Source: Sphagnum compactum
Lineage: Eukaryota
Length of the DNA stretch: 64,000 nt
Assembly: GCA_965153455.1 (NCBI GenBank)
Contig: OZ234494.1
Location: forward strand, 11,842,001 to 11,906,000
Direction of reading: 5' to 3'
Positions 29,179-42,100 of the stretch are shown here, piece by piece. Position 1 is the stretch's first letter; every line of letters starts with the position of its first letter. Under the pieces are notes generated by a model. It was not told where the DNA came from and did no database searches. It saw only the letters and a program-made list of their open reading frames with translations. The translations under genes were made by a program, and so were the position numbers.

Positions 29179-31580
29179 TCAATCACTTTTGGGGATGATC
29201 TTTGGCTTCCGCATAGTCCTGCTGAAGGGCCCAACAGAGGGATCTGTTATGTACTTGTAAATTACATGTGTCCATGATGTATGAAATGCAAGATGGTCAT
29301 AAAACTCCGGGGCAATTTGCCGCACCTTCACAAGGCACAGAAACAGTGCAAATGAGTATGCGAACCAAGTCTTGGCAGAATGGGATATTTTTGTGATCTA
29401 TCTATCAACTTGTGTAACTTAAGAACATGATTCGAACAAGAAGAGTTTCTTTTTCTTTTACAGCCTCTAATATTTTCACCTAGAAGCCAAAATTGACAAT
29501 GGGTTGAGTAGAGACCCCTGTCTTCAGAAGAAGGAAACCTCCAAAAGAAAAAAGAGGCTCACCCTGTACAGTTTACATCCAGGAACTCGAGGGAAATCAT
29601 GGTGTTCAACATGATACCCAACATTCCAAGTCAAGAGGTTAAGAGGCCCATAATATGAGTACGTCTCCTGACCCTTCAAGAAGACATAGTGCTCAGCAAT
29701 GAAGTGGCCAGCAACTGGGTGCATGCCTCCCCCAAGAAATGTTGAAAGCACCAAATAGACCAACGCTTTCCATCCAGAAAAGTAAACCAGTACAGCATCG
29801 AATCCCAATTGGACAATGAAGTTGGAGGCTTCCCATAATCCTGGAGTCTTGGGGTTCAGAAAGAGGGGCCGGAGTGCATAAAAGAAGAGCTGGCAAATGA
29901 CCCACAAAACTTTCATCACAATATTGGTCACGACACGGCCCTCAGCATAGCTTGGGATGTCCATGTCAAAGCCTTCCACTCCTTGGAACCGGTGGTGCTC
30001 AAGATGGTACTTTTGGAATGTGATGGACATTGGGATGCTCACTGGCAGATTTGCAAATAAGCCAAGGAATCGATTGTAAATCGGTCTTGAGAATGCAAGG
30101 TTGTGGCTTAGTTCATGGATAGCCAGGAATAAGTTGTGGTTCAGAATAGCTCCAAAGCAGTAGGATACAGCAAGAAGTACAGGCCAACTCACTTCCTGCA
30201 TATAGGTTGCTGTCCATGTCTGTAGCAACACAACTGCAACAATCTGCTATGGGCAAACAACATAAACCCAGAAAAAATTCAGAAACATGGGTTTCTCTAG
30301 ATGAGGGGGAGAACCACAAAACAATTGCATTAAAATTCTGAAATTCTAAGTGGTAGAGCCTGTTTGTCTATGTATTGACTTCCTGTTCAGAGTCCTTTTT
30401 CTTCAATCTCATCCTATGTGATGTGTGCTAAGTTATGAAGACAAAACTGTTGATGGATGGCATTTCTCAAACACTGCATTTTCTCCAAAGGGTTAGACCT
30501 GAAAAAGAATCCTGAAAGGATAATCTTGTTGCTGCTATCATATGCATACATACACTGGATGTCAATCCCCTTCAACTTCACTGGCCAAGATGTAAATTGG
30601 TATTCCTAAGCATGGCACATTTCCAAGCATATTCTAGCTTCTTCTTACAATGTAGTGAGATCAGGAATGCAGTGCTCTGTTTCTGAATTGTTGGCAATGT
30701 AGTTCTTTACAATGTATTGTAAGGAATCTGCTCTGTTTCTGAATTCCTAGCAAATGTAGTTGTTTACAACATAGTGTCAGAAATGCAGTGCTCTGTTTCT
30801 GAATTCCTGACAAATGTAGCCTTTTACGATGTGCCTGAGATCTGAAACTAGTTCACGAATCAAATGCAAAACTTGCTGGTAAAAACCTGCTGATAGCCCT
30901 ATCCAGCATCTGACATCTAGTGTAATCATGGATCTGAGCTTCCCAATCTACTCAAGATTTTAGCCAATACCGTTTTTATCAAAAACTGCTTCCTAATGTA
31001 ATTCCTCGGTATATAATCTGCTGCTCCTCAGGATAGGTGGGTGTTGCAAACACAGCCCAGAAAGTGCTCTACTGAGGTCCAAAGAAGCATGAGACGATTT
31101 TCTACTGACCTACATTGTCAGGGACTCTCCTTCCTTTGGAAAATGCATAGCAGATCCCCACACCTGGGCTAGACTCAAGAAGAAAAACCAGAAATTAAGG
31201 GGAGGGGGAAAAAAGCCCACCCATTTCAACAACTTCCCTCACAAAACAGCAGAAGCAACCAAGCAAGCAACCCAAATAAATAAACACAATAAGAAGAAGA
31301 AGAAGAAGATTGCGAGTACAGATTCACTCGCCTGCGGCAATGCCCAAGGATCCGGTCCAAACAGCTCACGGATTTCGGGGTGCGCTGCCAGAATCTGCTT
31401 ACGCCTGGTTGCATGTGGCTCGTCGCTTTCAGACCAAAAGAAGTCAATAGCCATCATACTCTTCTTCCGCTTCTGGTTGATGGACTCCTCCTCCTCTACC
31501 TCCTCCCCCGTAGCCGCAGCAGGAGGCGGCACCACTTCCGTAGCTTCAGGTGGAAAGCCTCCATCCCCTCCACGACCCAT
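29179..31580 (-). CDS. DES1: Sphingolipid delta-4 desaturase (DES1-like), 3 exons, about 358 aa
   Basis: Exons 31580-31332, 30243-29563, 29325-29179. N-terminal DFFWSESDEPHATRRKQIL domain; histidine boxes HELSH, HLEHH and HVEHH. Intron 1 has a GC donor. Confidence 0.93.
30643..30833. repeat. Three copies of an approximately 60-bp repeat in DES1 intron 1
   Basis: TGCTCTGTTTCTGAATT...AATGTAG occurs three times. Confidence 0.85.
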
Positions 31581-32019
31581 CTCTCAAAAAAACACTACAA
31601 ACCAATACAAAAAAAGGCAATGCAAGGCAGGTGACGATGATCACCACCTCCACCACCACAAACCAACAACAAGAACGCAGCAGTGGAGAAAAGATGAACA
31701 AGAGTGTGAAAAATACCCCAAACCACAAATTCATACAAGGATCCCGTAAGAGACGCAGAAGGACGAGAAGAAGAAGAAGAAGAAGAAGAAGAGAGGGAGG
31801 AAGCGAGCGCGCAAGAAAGAATGGAAAGAAAGGGCGGAAGCGGACGCGGTTGCAGGCGGAGGCAGGCAGCAGCGGCACCAGCGTTGCAACAACGACAGTA
31901 GTAACGGCGCCGCTTCATTCCCTGGGCTGATACCCTGTCTTCCCATATACCCGGAGGTTCCATTTTCGAAGTTGGTTTCCCAACACTTCGTGATAGGATT
32001 CCTAGATTTTCTGCTTCTC

Positions 32020-32760
32020 TGTTTGTCTTATAGCCAGATTTGGCTAAATCCTCTTGTGGCTGATCGCCACTTTTGGAGCAACATGAGAAAATTGAAAAGA
32101 AAAGCCAAAAAAAACCCCAAACTAAGTGTTTTTCTTTTTTTTTCTCCCCCCTTTTTTTTCTCTCCCTATTTATTTAGGGAAAATAAATAGTTATTTTCTC
32201 CAAATTGGTTGGCATTATGCAGTGTTGATCGGGCTTTTTTTTTTTTCAATTTCATGAGGTGAGTGGACTTGTGGTGGCACGCATCCCAAAGAGGACTTAG
32301 CCAAATTTGGCTAGAGCCTAGGCCAAATTTGGCTAGAGTATACCTGATGTGTTTTTCAAACCCCATTATATACTGGTAACATACAACAACCTTATGTTCT
32401 AATATGGCGAGTTCAACCCCTTTTTCCCCCCCCCCCTCTAAATATGGAGACTTTAGGCCTTTTTTCTTTTTTCCCAAAAAAAATCCCCTTTGGACACCTT
32501 GTAGCGCCATTTTTTTCTGGTTGCCAAATGGTGAATTTAATTCGCCACAAAAAAAAACCCTGACGTAAATCGGTGATATATATACATATTTTAATTTTTT
32601 GATGTTCCATCGTTGGCCAATATTCTAAGAGAGATTTAGCATTAAATGGCGACATGTTTTAGAGCCTGCCAAAATTGCAAAGAAACTATTTAAAAAAATG
32701 CTACTCAACTAAAATCAGAGTCTAAATGTGGCGATTTTCTTTTTTAAAAAGAAGGAAAAA
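32020..32760. repeat. Dispersed non-coding repeat family carrying the palindrome TAGCCAAATTTGGCTA
   Basis: The motif or single-base variants occur near 32030, 32298 and 32321, and also near 21219, 33780 and 55864. Boundaries are approximate. Confidence 0.65.
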
Positions 32761-34034
32761 ATTAGATACCCGAAAGAAAAAATCAGACTAAAGAACCGTC
32801 CCATTTGGTGGCGGTTCTCAGGCACAAGCGGGCCGGCTCTTTCATGACCTGACATTCATCACTTGTCAGTTGTTCCTCTGGTGGCGGTTCTTTCGACAAA
32901 ATGATGACCGGAACTGCCCACCAGAGGAACCAACTGAACTCACAACCAGAGCAGGTAGGTTGTGAGTCGCGACCAGTGTGGGGGCGGGTATTTGATTTTT
33001 GTAATACCCATCAGTTCTGGGGCATTTGAAAAAATTCGGAATCAAAGACCCTTCGGTTCTGGGTATTTGAAAATTTTCGGGATCAAAAAAGAACCGATGA
33101 TGGGTGGTGGTCGCGGTATTTGCACTCTGATTCAACGAACTGTCGGTTCCGGGCATTTATAAACCTTCAAAGAACCATCGAGTTTCACGAAACGAGCCGA
33201 CAAAGACCCGACAGCTTGAAGGTGGTCATTTGATTTTTTTGAGAACCATGATTATATATAATAATCCAGTATTTTGATTTTTGATAACTGCAATTGTATA
33301 TCAAAACCAGGCGCATTTGATTTTGTCGATAATCAGGATTATCAACTTTGATACCCGGATTGATACCCAGCAGGGGTTTGATGCAGTTTCTAATACCTGT
33401 CTGACTCTGGTTGTGACTAGTGGTGTGCGTGTAAGTGTCAATAGTTGTATATATAGCGTGTAAATCTTGTGTAAATGTTAAATGATTTACACTTCTGCGT
33501 CCAAACTTTTTACACTGTTAGCCTGTGTATAATGTCTTTTACACTTACACAAGGCCATTGTAAATATATTTGTCAAATACACTTACACAGCCCTATGTAA
33601 ATGTTCGACAAGGTGACCCAGGTAAATATGTTAATACCAGTGTTGGGTGAGTACCCAGTTTGGCAGGATAGAAACGGTCGGTTCTGGTTTGAGTTGCGTC
33701 AAAACTGGGAATAAATGAAATCTCCTTGAAATTTTACTTTGGGCAGGTCTTAACAACATGGCATCACCCTAAGATGATTTAGCCAGATTTGGCTACATAC
33801 TAGATATGAAAGTTTGAAAAAAAACCATAATCCTCTTATGTATTTTTACTTGTTGGAACTTATCATAAAAAATTTGGTGATTTGGATTTTATTTTTATTT
33901 CGAAATCTGGTAAATTTGGGTCCATTATTTCCATGAAAAATCCTTGAAATCATCATTTTTTCAGGTCAAAACTTTGGCAAAATTTGACCCAAAAATAAAT
34001 AAATGCTGGCTGTAAACCCATTCCAAGGGTTTCG

Positions 34035-37000
34035 ATCGTTGTATTTTGAAAGAACCAGCGTCCATAGAAGATAGTTATGTTAATGGAAGGTACATTCCAC
34101 CATTCTGCACGATTTTAATGCGCGAACTGCAATGTTACCAAATACCATCGACATTAGCGACCTTTGTGAACTGTTACAGGTGCCTGAACTCACTTAGACT
34201 AAGCAACCAAATGCTGTGGTTAAGCGACAAAATCGCGACGCCAGTGTTGGCGGCTGGGGCCGCGAGCTTTTAGACCTATGTTGTGACGCTGGGTTGCTCA
34301 TCATCAACAGTCGGACACTTGGCGACGAATAAGGGGAGTTCACTTGCTTGGCAAATGGGGGGCGTAGCACTGTCGATTATATTGTTGGCTCACTTGCAAT
34401 TTGGCAAGCTGCTACACACCTCGAGGTGATAATAGACGACACCCACTATTGCGCGATGGGGGAAGACTCTGACCACAGGCCGTTACACTTATGGTTGAGC
34501 ATCGATTGTAGCTTTGTTGAGCCACAACATATAGTTGTAACAAAAAATTCTTACCTAGGTTCACATATGATAAATCAAAAGCTGAAAAGTACCAGTTTGC
34601 CCTAACAGCGAATCTTGGAAACCTATGGGTTGCTGACTCAATCGGGCATCTGGGGGCAGGCGGGTTAGCTGACCTACTGCAGCAGTGCGTGGGTGCTGCA
34701 GTAGAGTCTACTTTTAGCAATAAGCCTTCGGGAGGAAACTGCAAAGCGCGACATTGCCATAAACCCTGGTTTGATGTTGATTGTCGTATAGCGAAGCAAG
34801 AGCTGAGGCTCTGGCTAAAAGCTAACCTCGATTTGCACACCGTTAAACATCAGGCAAGTAAATTCAAAAATTTATTAAAAAAGAAAAGAATTTTCTGGAA
34901 AATTGCAAAGAGTTCAACATATGTCGCAACCCCACTTTGCCCAAGTGTGGGGGTGAAGCCCAATGTCGCAACCCCACTTTGTCCAAGTGTGGGGGTGAAG
35001 CCCAACACTTGGAAAAGTTGGAGGTTTGGAGTCCTCCGGGACTCCCGAATGTTCAGAGCTCGACAGCAAGGCCCAAAACACCTCGCATTGGGGTTTTCTT
35101 GGTGTCATTGGAAAGGTCTTGAAACGTAGATATCGAAAATGGCCTCGCATTGGTCATTTGGGCTTCTGCAACCCAAGTTATGGGCAAAAGAAGGGCCGGG
35201 AGTCAAATTGGCAGTTTGACTCCCGACCACTAAAAGTCGGGAATCGACCTCTTCCCGACATCCGATTTGAGAGTGCGACATGGCGTTGGAAAGATCTCGA
35301 CGAGAGCTACAACTTTGGTTCAGACCTCGTTGCAATCGGACTCTGCAGTTGGGAGTTATGGCCGTTCAAAGTTCTGGGAGTCCAGCCGGGACAATTTCGG
35401 GACTCCATTTCGGGAGTCCCAACAAAATGTGCCATTTGGATGTAGCCTTCACGGCGAGCTGCAGAGATAACTATAAGGGGGAAGGTGGTGGCTTCCCCCG
35501 AGTCCGGGCCGTGGTGAGTCAAGTAGTCCAAAGTGCCTGTGGCTTGTCCCAACACCCAAGGGTGTTCCCGAATGTGAACTAACCCATTTGTGGTTGGTTT
35601 TGGATGCAGATTCGTGCTTGATCTACTAGTCCATCTTCCTAGTCTAATCCCGGGGCTTCCAACTCGACCCTCTACCCCTTTCTAGAGTTGGAAGTCGGGA
35701 GCATGCCCTTCGGTCCCAACTTTCTGCAACTTCACATTGGTGAATCCTCAAGTGGGTTCACCCCGGGACCAAGGAACGCGTCAACATATGTGTACGCTTA
35801 CGAAGGTGGATGCTCTCTCGTTCTGGAAAAAGTACCGGCCAAGGGCACCCGTTGTGGACAAAATTAGTGCAGTTACGCTTTTGGAAGGCTTCCACGGGTT
35901 AGTTGGCCAGTCTCCGCCACCCATCCGACTGCGAATTGATCACTCGGCCCAGGTGACGGAACCTCCACCTAGCCGCACCCTAAACACAGATATCACACTT
36001 GCTGAGCTATTTCAGGTGCTGAAGAAGCTACAAAGGAATAAGGCTGCTGGTTTGGATGGTATGAAAGCTAAGTTCATTTTGGATGCGGGAGAGCTGCTAC
36101 ACATGCCATTATTGACAATATTCAACTGCTTTCTGGCGAAAGGCTTTCCATAAGCCCTTTTCACTGGGGTGGTCCACGCGCTTTTTAAAGGGGGCGATGC
36201 TTCCGAATTTGATAACTACAGGGGGATAACTGTTGGGCCTATCCTAGCAAAGCTGTTCGCTATGATCCTTGACAAAAGGCTGAGCGAGTGGGCTGAACAA
36301 CATGGGTTGCGTGCCAAGGGTCAATTTGGGTTTCGCAAAGATTACCGCACTACTGACCAACTTTTCATATTGCGAACTTTGATAGAACAGAGCAAGGCAA
36401 AAAAGAAGCCACTCTATTGTTGCTTTGTGGACTTCAAAAAGGCGTTCAATACTGTGCCGCGTGAAGTGCCGTGGGAGGTGTTGGCTAGCCTTGGGGTGGA
36501 AGGACGCTTCTTGCGATGCCTACATGCAATGTATACTAAGGATACCATATGCATCAACCACCCAAGCGAAGGTGTCACCTCCAGCTTCAGGTGCCAACAA
36601 GGTGTGAAGCAAGGTTGCCCTCTCAGCCCCCTATTGTTTGGGTTATATTTGGATGCCCTGGAGGGGCGCTTGGACGGCAGAGAATGCGATGCACCGACCC
36701 TAGCAAATGTGCATGTATGGCTGTTGCTTTTTGCAGATGACCTTGCTCTAACGTCGGAGTCAGAGGTGGGACTGCAGCACCAGTTAAACGGGTTCCAGCA
36801 GTTCTGTGCTGAACGTGGACTTATAGTGAACGTGAAAAAAACAAAAGTCATGGTGTTCAACTCTGTTGACCCATGCCAAAAGTTTGTGTTTAAAGGTGAT
36901 GCTATTGAGCGTGTGTAGACCTTCAAATACCTGGGGATCTTGCTCGAGACCACCCCAAACCTAGACAATGCAGTGGAACATCTAGCAGCTATTAGTAGGC

Positions 37001-38275
37001 GCTCGTTGTTCGCATTAAGCCGCCGTTGTGCGGAGCTACGTATTATGGACGTCCAATTATGCTGTAACCTCTTCAACATGTTGGTGCGCTCCACAACAAG
37101 TTATGCTTGTGAGGTTTGGGTGGACTCCAAGAAAATAGAGGCTATTGAAGTAGTGTACCGAGGGTTCCTCAAGTCCTTGCTCGGGGTGCGAAAAACAACT
37201 AGCACGTCCATCGTGCAGGCAGAATTTGGCAAATTCCCCTTTGAACACTTTGCATGGGGACAAGCACTGTTGTACTATAACCGTGTGAGCACGGTCATTA
37301 AAGACCGCATCTTGGGTAAGGCATGGGAAGCCTAACTCGCTATGCTTGCTGCGGGAAAGAACTATTGGGCTAGATTCGTGAAAAAATGGCTACTCAAAAA
37401 TCAGTACCCCGGATGTGGTAGGTTTTCTGCCTCCGGTTCAACCGTCGTTGGAAACGACGCCTAAGCCTGCAACAACCCGTGTGCTCAAGGCAAGAACTGC
37501 TTAACTGTTAGGAACGGCTCCTGAGACAACGCACATACATCCGACCCGTTTAGCAGGGGTGAGAGGCTAGGCGGAGAGCTAAGTACTTTGGTGCAATGCG
37601 CACAACGTATGGGTGGGAGTTCAGATGGCTCAGCTGGCCGTGCTACAACTAGTGCAGCCGGTTGGTGTTAGATCTACGACAGGAGGCCCGATTAACCAGG
37701 AGGCTGGGGCCCCACCCCCTCCAGGTTTTCCCCACACAATATTGAGTGTAAAAAGGGTGAAGGATAATATGCGGCTGGTTTACATTGAAAATATCTTTAC
37801 CAACCGCGAGATCGGGACCAGCGTGTAGACAACATACTTGCGCTTCAAGGGTATGTTGTATGAGAGCGAAAGCTACTTGTGTGACATCAGCTGCGTTCAG
37901 CTACGGGAAGCTCTAGCCCGATTTTGATGTGGTAACACGTAGTTTGAGGTAGTGCTAGGTGCGTGGAAGGGCGTGCCATACGCAAAGAGGCTTTGTCGAG
38001 GTTGCGATTTGGGGAAGGTTGAAGATGAAGAGCACTTGCTTCTTGTTTGTCCAAATACACTGAAAGTTAGGGAACGCTTTTGTTCGACCCTGCCCCTCAC
38101 CACACACTAACACTCACACACTAACACTCTTGCTGAGCTCATGCAGACTACAAACACGATCGCCCTGGCCAAGTTTGTGGCATGCTGCCAGTACCAGAGG
38201 ACAATCTGTCCTCCATGATCTACCTTTCGTCTAATGGACTCTCTCATCCCAAACGGACGTAACATTGTAAACAAG
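34035..38275 (+). mobile_element. Decayed non-LTR retrotransposon (LINE): APE endonuclease, RT and CCHC domains; 5' truncated, with multiple stops and frameshifts
   Basis: APE tail: GRELLDLC..., STVDYIVGS, DSDHRPL (about 34250-34500). RT: KAAGLDG, NYRGIT, QFGFRK, FVDFKKAF, QGCPLSP, FADD (36040-36920). C-terminal RLCRGC..EDEEHLLLVCP (about 37990-38055). In-frame stops near 34330, 36151, 36917 and 37333. Ends are approximate. Confidence 0.92.
34922..35783 (+). mobile_element. Solo LTR inserted in the LINE
   Basis: Begins TGTCGCAAC and ends GCGTCA (TG..CA). Exact 5-bp TSD ACATA at 34917-34921 and 35784-35788. LINE coding sequence resumes after it (QHMCTLTKVD). Strand is nominal. Confidence 0.88.
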
Positions 38276-39110
38276 AAACATTCAAAGTTTTCACCCTTCA
38301 AATGAAAGGAAAAAAAAAAAAACTTAAAAACTTTAATACTTTATGTTGGGGAAGGCCTACTCGTGCAAGTGTTGTACATGGTTATCTTTTACCCATATAT
38401 ACCCGTCGGGTATGTATAGGATATATTCCTTGCCCTAACCTAAACTCATATCACAAATTACACAATGTCATGCTGAACTATAGTAAATCACGAAATATTA
38501 ATAATTTGGAAAATATAAAAATGGAATGAGATTTTGATTTATTAATTAATTAATTAAAATTTTTTGGGGGGGTCAATGTGGAAGCTGACCCTAGGCTTAG
38601 GGTAGCAGCTAACGCTAATATTAGCCTAATAATAGGCTTAGGGCAAGGCCTTCAAGACGCCATCTCTGCAAGTGACAATAGCGCTGCTGCCATCGGACAG
38701 AGGATCATTCTGCCATCTTCTTTCACAGTTTCTTTCTCGGGCGGAATGAGGACTCACGGGCAGGGTCGAAATGCTAGCGGGCAGAGGAACATACAAAATA
38801 TCCAGAGGTGGAAAACAGGCGTGGACTTTCGACCTTTGGACTTTGGACAAGTTGAATGGCTGCGAGGAATCCCGTGTGAAAAGGGTGACAATTATTAGGG
38901 TTTGGCGCTCATGCTTCAGCCCAGGAAGAGGAGCGAGAGAAGGGGAGAGCGAGGGAGAGAGAGGGAGACGGAAGAAGGGGTGTTGGACACGCTTGATTCG
39001 GATACTATGCAACGCAAGTCTGCGGCCGATTTCCGAACTAGATCTCGGAAGGAAAGCTGTTTGGGGGGGAAGTGGGCGAAACCGTGTCTCATTGTCCGTA
39101 TCCTTGAAAG

Positions 39111-42100
39111 ATGAGGGGGGGTCTGAACATCGCTGCTAAGACTAGGAAGTTAGATGTCGACAATCGTCTGCCCCTCAAATTGTATTACCGCACAGCGGAC
39201 AACCTTTTGAAACAGGCATGTTACCACTGCACCTATATATGCTGCTCGCGACGGGATTCACTCTCTGGTATAGGTTTTGAGGGACTGATGGGTTGGCGAT
39301 ATACCACGTGAACTTCGTTTGCTAACGCGCTTTGTTGTGGCGATCCTGCACACAGGCTAGTATATATCGGGAGGAGAGGAATATCATAGATCTTTACATC
39401 CTTTTGCTACGATTCTCTAGGTATGTACTTTGCTGAACCGTTTGGAGCTGGTTTTGTCGACAGTGCTGAAATTGGGGTTTTCTCGCATTATGGAGCCACC
39501 ATGCACAGTTTTCTTTTCCATAGAAAATTGTCTTTGTCTTTGATATACTGGTGGCTATCTTTCTGCTTTTATGTTTTTCCCATGTGCAATGATAAACTTC
39601 ACATGTTATTGTTGAATTTTTGTGTCTGCAGCTTGGTTTCTGAGACTATTCCAGATCATCGTGATTATCGCTTGTATGTGGGAGAGAAAGCTAAGTATAG
39701 AAGGGTGAGTAGGGATTGCAAACTTGGTCCAGATTTGATTATCCTTGATTTTAGGTTTTTTGCAGATGAATTGGTGTTTGTTGCACACTGCTGATTGGGA
39801 GTTTGTTTATCAATTGCATATCAAAGATGATGTTTAGAGTCTTCAAAGATGACTCATCAAAGCTATTGGGAAAAACACTTGGTCTGTGTTGTTGCAGAGG
39901 TTGTTTGAGGTTGTTTCAGAGCTTGAATTGCTCAAGCCAGAGGTCCAGAAGCAAGTTGACCAGATTAATAATCCATACAGCAAGCCTTCTTCTTCCTTAA
40001 GCAATTTTTTTTCATCAGACTTGAGTGCCCCCCCTTCAGCTCCTTATGCCAGGAACCAGTCTTATGGCAATGCAAACTATGACAAGGTAGGACCAGGTTG
40101 GTCTTTCTACAATAATCTGATTCCCTGGCAGTCATTTTGGAGAGTCCATGATTTATGTTGGTGTGTCAGAATAGAAGTTGCTATAGAAGAGTCCCTCTCC
40201 ATCATGTCACATAAGTGTGTTTATCTTGAATCTGCAAAACTCACACAGTCTACAATGACCATTGGCCATGTGAATTTCATTTTTTGAGCAGTTCAAGCAG
40301 AGCTTGTTTTTGAATGTTGAGCCAAATGTCTGTTGAGGTTTTTGCAGTTTGGATCCAGGAGTACACAAGGTCTTTTGACTGGTTTTGGCGATCCAGGGAG
40401 TGCAGTATACAGCCCTCCTCCTCTTCAAGACCAATTCAATAACTTGTGAGTCCACTGTCTAGTACTAGCAAGCTGAAAATTCCTATGTAGTCTGATTTGT
40501 GATCACTTACATGGTTTTCTTATAGAAAGGTAGAACTGCAAGATGGCTACTTATTCAAGAGAAACCTAGTCCCAAGATTATCCTCAATGTATTTTAGTGT
40601 AATAAGCAATAAGGTAGAGAGGATCTTGTAAACTTCAACTGAGCTGTTCTTGAGATGATATTGAGGACCTGTGAATGAGCGAGATGAGAACCCTGAAACT
40701 GACACGGAAAACAGCTGTAAAAATTTTGACTTACTTTTCAAGTTCACTTAATGGAATTGGATTAAATGGTTATGGGTTGTGATGATGAACATTCAGTTCT
40801 TTGAGTACTTTGAATATACCACGACCAAGAGATGAGACATTATCAAGGCACTCATTTCTGGCACCGTCCAGCAATCAGAATCGAAGAGAGCACCAGCAAG
40901 TCCGGGTATGTTGTGGATGCATGGAAACTGATGCTTTGCTGATAATAGTCTATCTGGGTCAGAATGTGCCTGCCACACAATGTGTTGCTGCTGATAGATG
41001 TGTTGCAATTGCTGCACGCTGTATGGATCTCTTGTGACAGCTCTCTCCCATTGGTTGCAGGTGCAATACCCAAGCTACATTGATACTTCACCCATTGAGA
41101 TACCAAGGTTTGTGAATTTGATAACATTAGGTGCCATTTAAGTACCTGAATACTGTTTCCCATTCTTAACAGTCTAGTTGTGGTTTTGTTTCTGATGTGT
41201 GCCTTCTTGGGCACTTGTGGTGAAGCCTGAATCAGAGCTGGAGCTTACCTTCACAACCTGCTGTAGTGTCCACACCTGCTGTCTCCTTGGATACTGTTGG
41301 TGAACCTGCTCTTTGGCCAGACTCTGGATCTGTTGGTTCAACGGAGATTGTGAACATCATCCGACAGCCGTCACCACCTCCAATATTGGCTGTGGTACAG
41401 ACACTCCAAGAAGGTCTTAATGCTCATGATCATGTGCATCCCCAGCCACACCCTTCAGATGTTGCTGATCCTCGTCCTGGCCCTCCACAAGTATCAGACG
41501 ATGCCTTCACCCAATCCAAGGGTCCCAAAAGCCTGCATATAGTAAGTTCCTGGTCTTGGTTGCTGTTTCTGTAAACATATCTGATGAATTGGGGCCCTGA
41601 TGGAATTTCCTTCCTTCTGGTTCCTCTGCAAGGACATTGTCAAGGTGCCACTAGATTGCAGTACAATCGTTTCAGATAGCTGGGCATTTGCATGTGGGGG
41701 ACATGCAATTGGAGTGGCTGCCTTTTTAAAGAACAGGTAATTTTGCAAGCTTCTGTTTTTGGTTGCTCTGCAGCCTTTAGTCACATCAGACTTTAAAACT
41801 CTGCTCATTTGTTGCAGTCTACAAAGATGATGGATGAGTTCATGCAAATGGCCAAAGCCAATACTCTGCGAAATCTTGAAACATGTGGAGTGCTGGCTGG
41901 CTCTCTTGTAAGCAAAATCCTTTTGCCTGGGGTGTCCTTCCGACTGCTAAAATGTGATCAGATTCCTCTTATGAACATCAAGCGTCCAGCAGTAAAATTT
42001 TAAAAAAAAAAATTCTGTATCTTGTCAGATGAGACAATAGCTGATATGCAGCCAATTAGTGTAAAGCTTGTTGGGTCCCATGGTTGTTCTGTTGTTCGTG

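Noticed and set aside
34914-35582. ORFs of 60-140 aa inside the solo LTR (also 47649-48362)
   Set aside because: They lie within LTR sequence and show no gag or pol motifs.
38578-39139. ORFs upstream of and overlapping the AMSH start
   Set aside because: No homology is evident and the TSS is unknown, so neither uORFs nor a separate gene can be supported.
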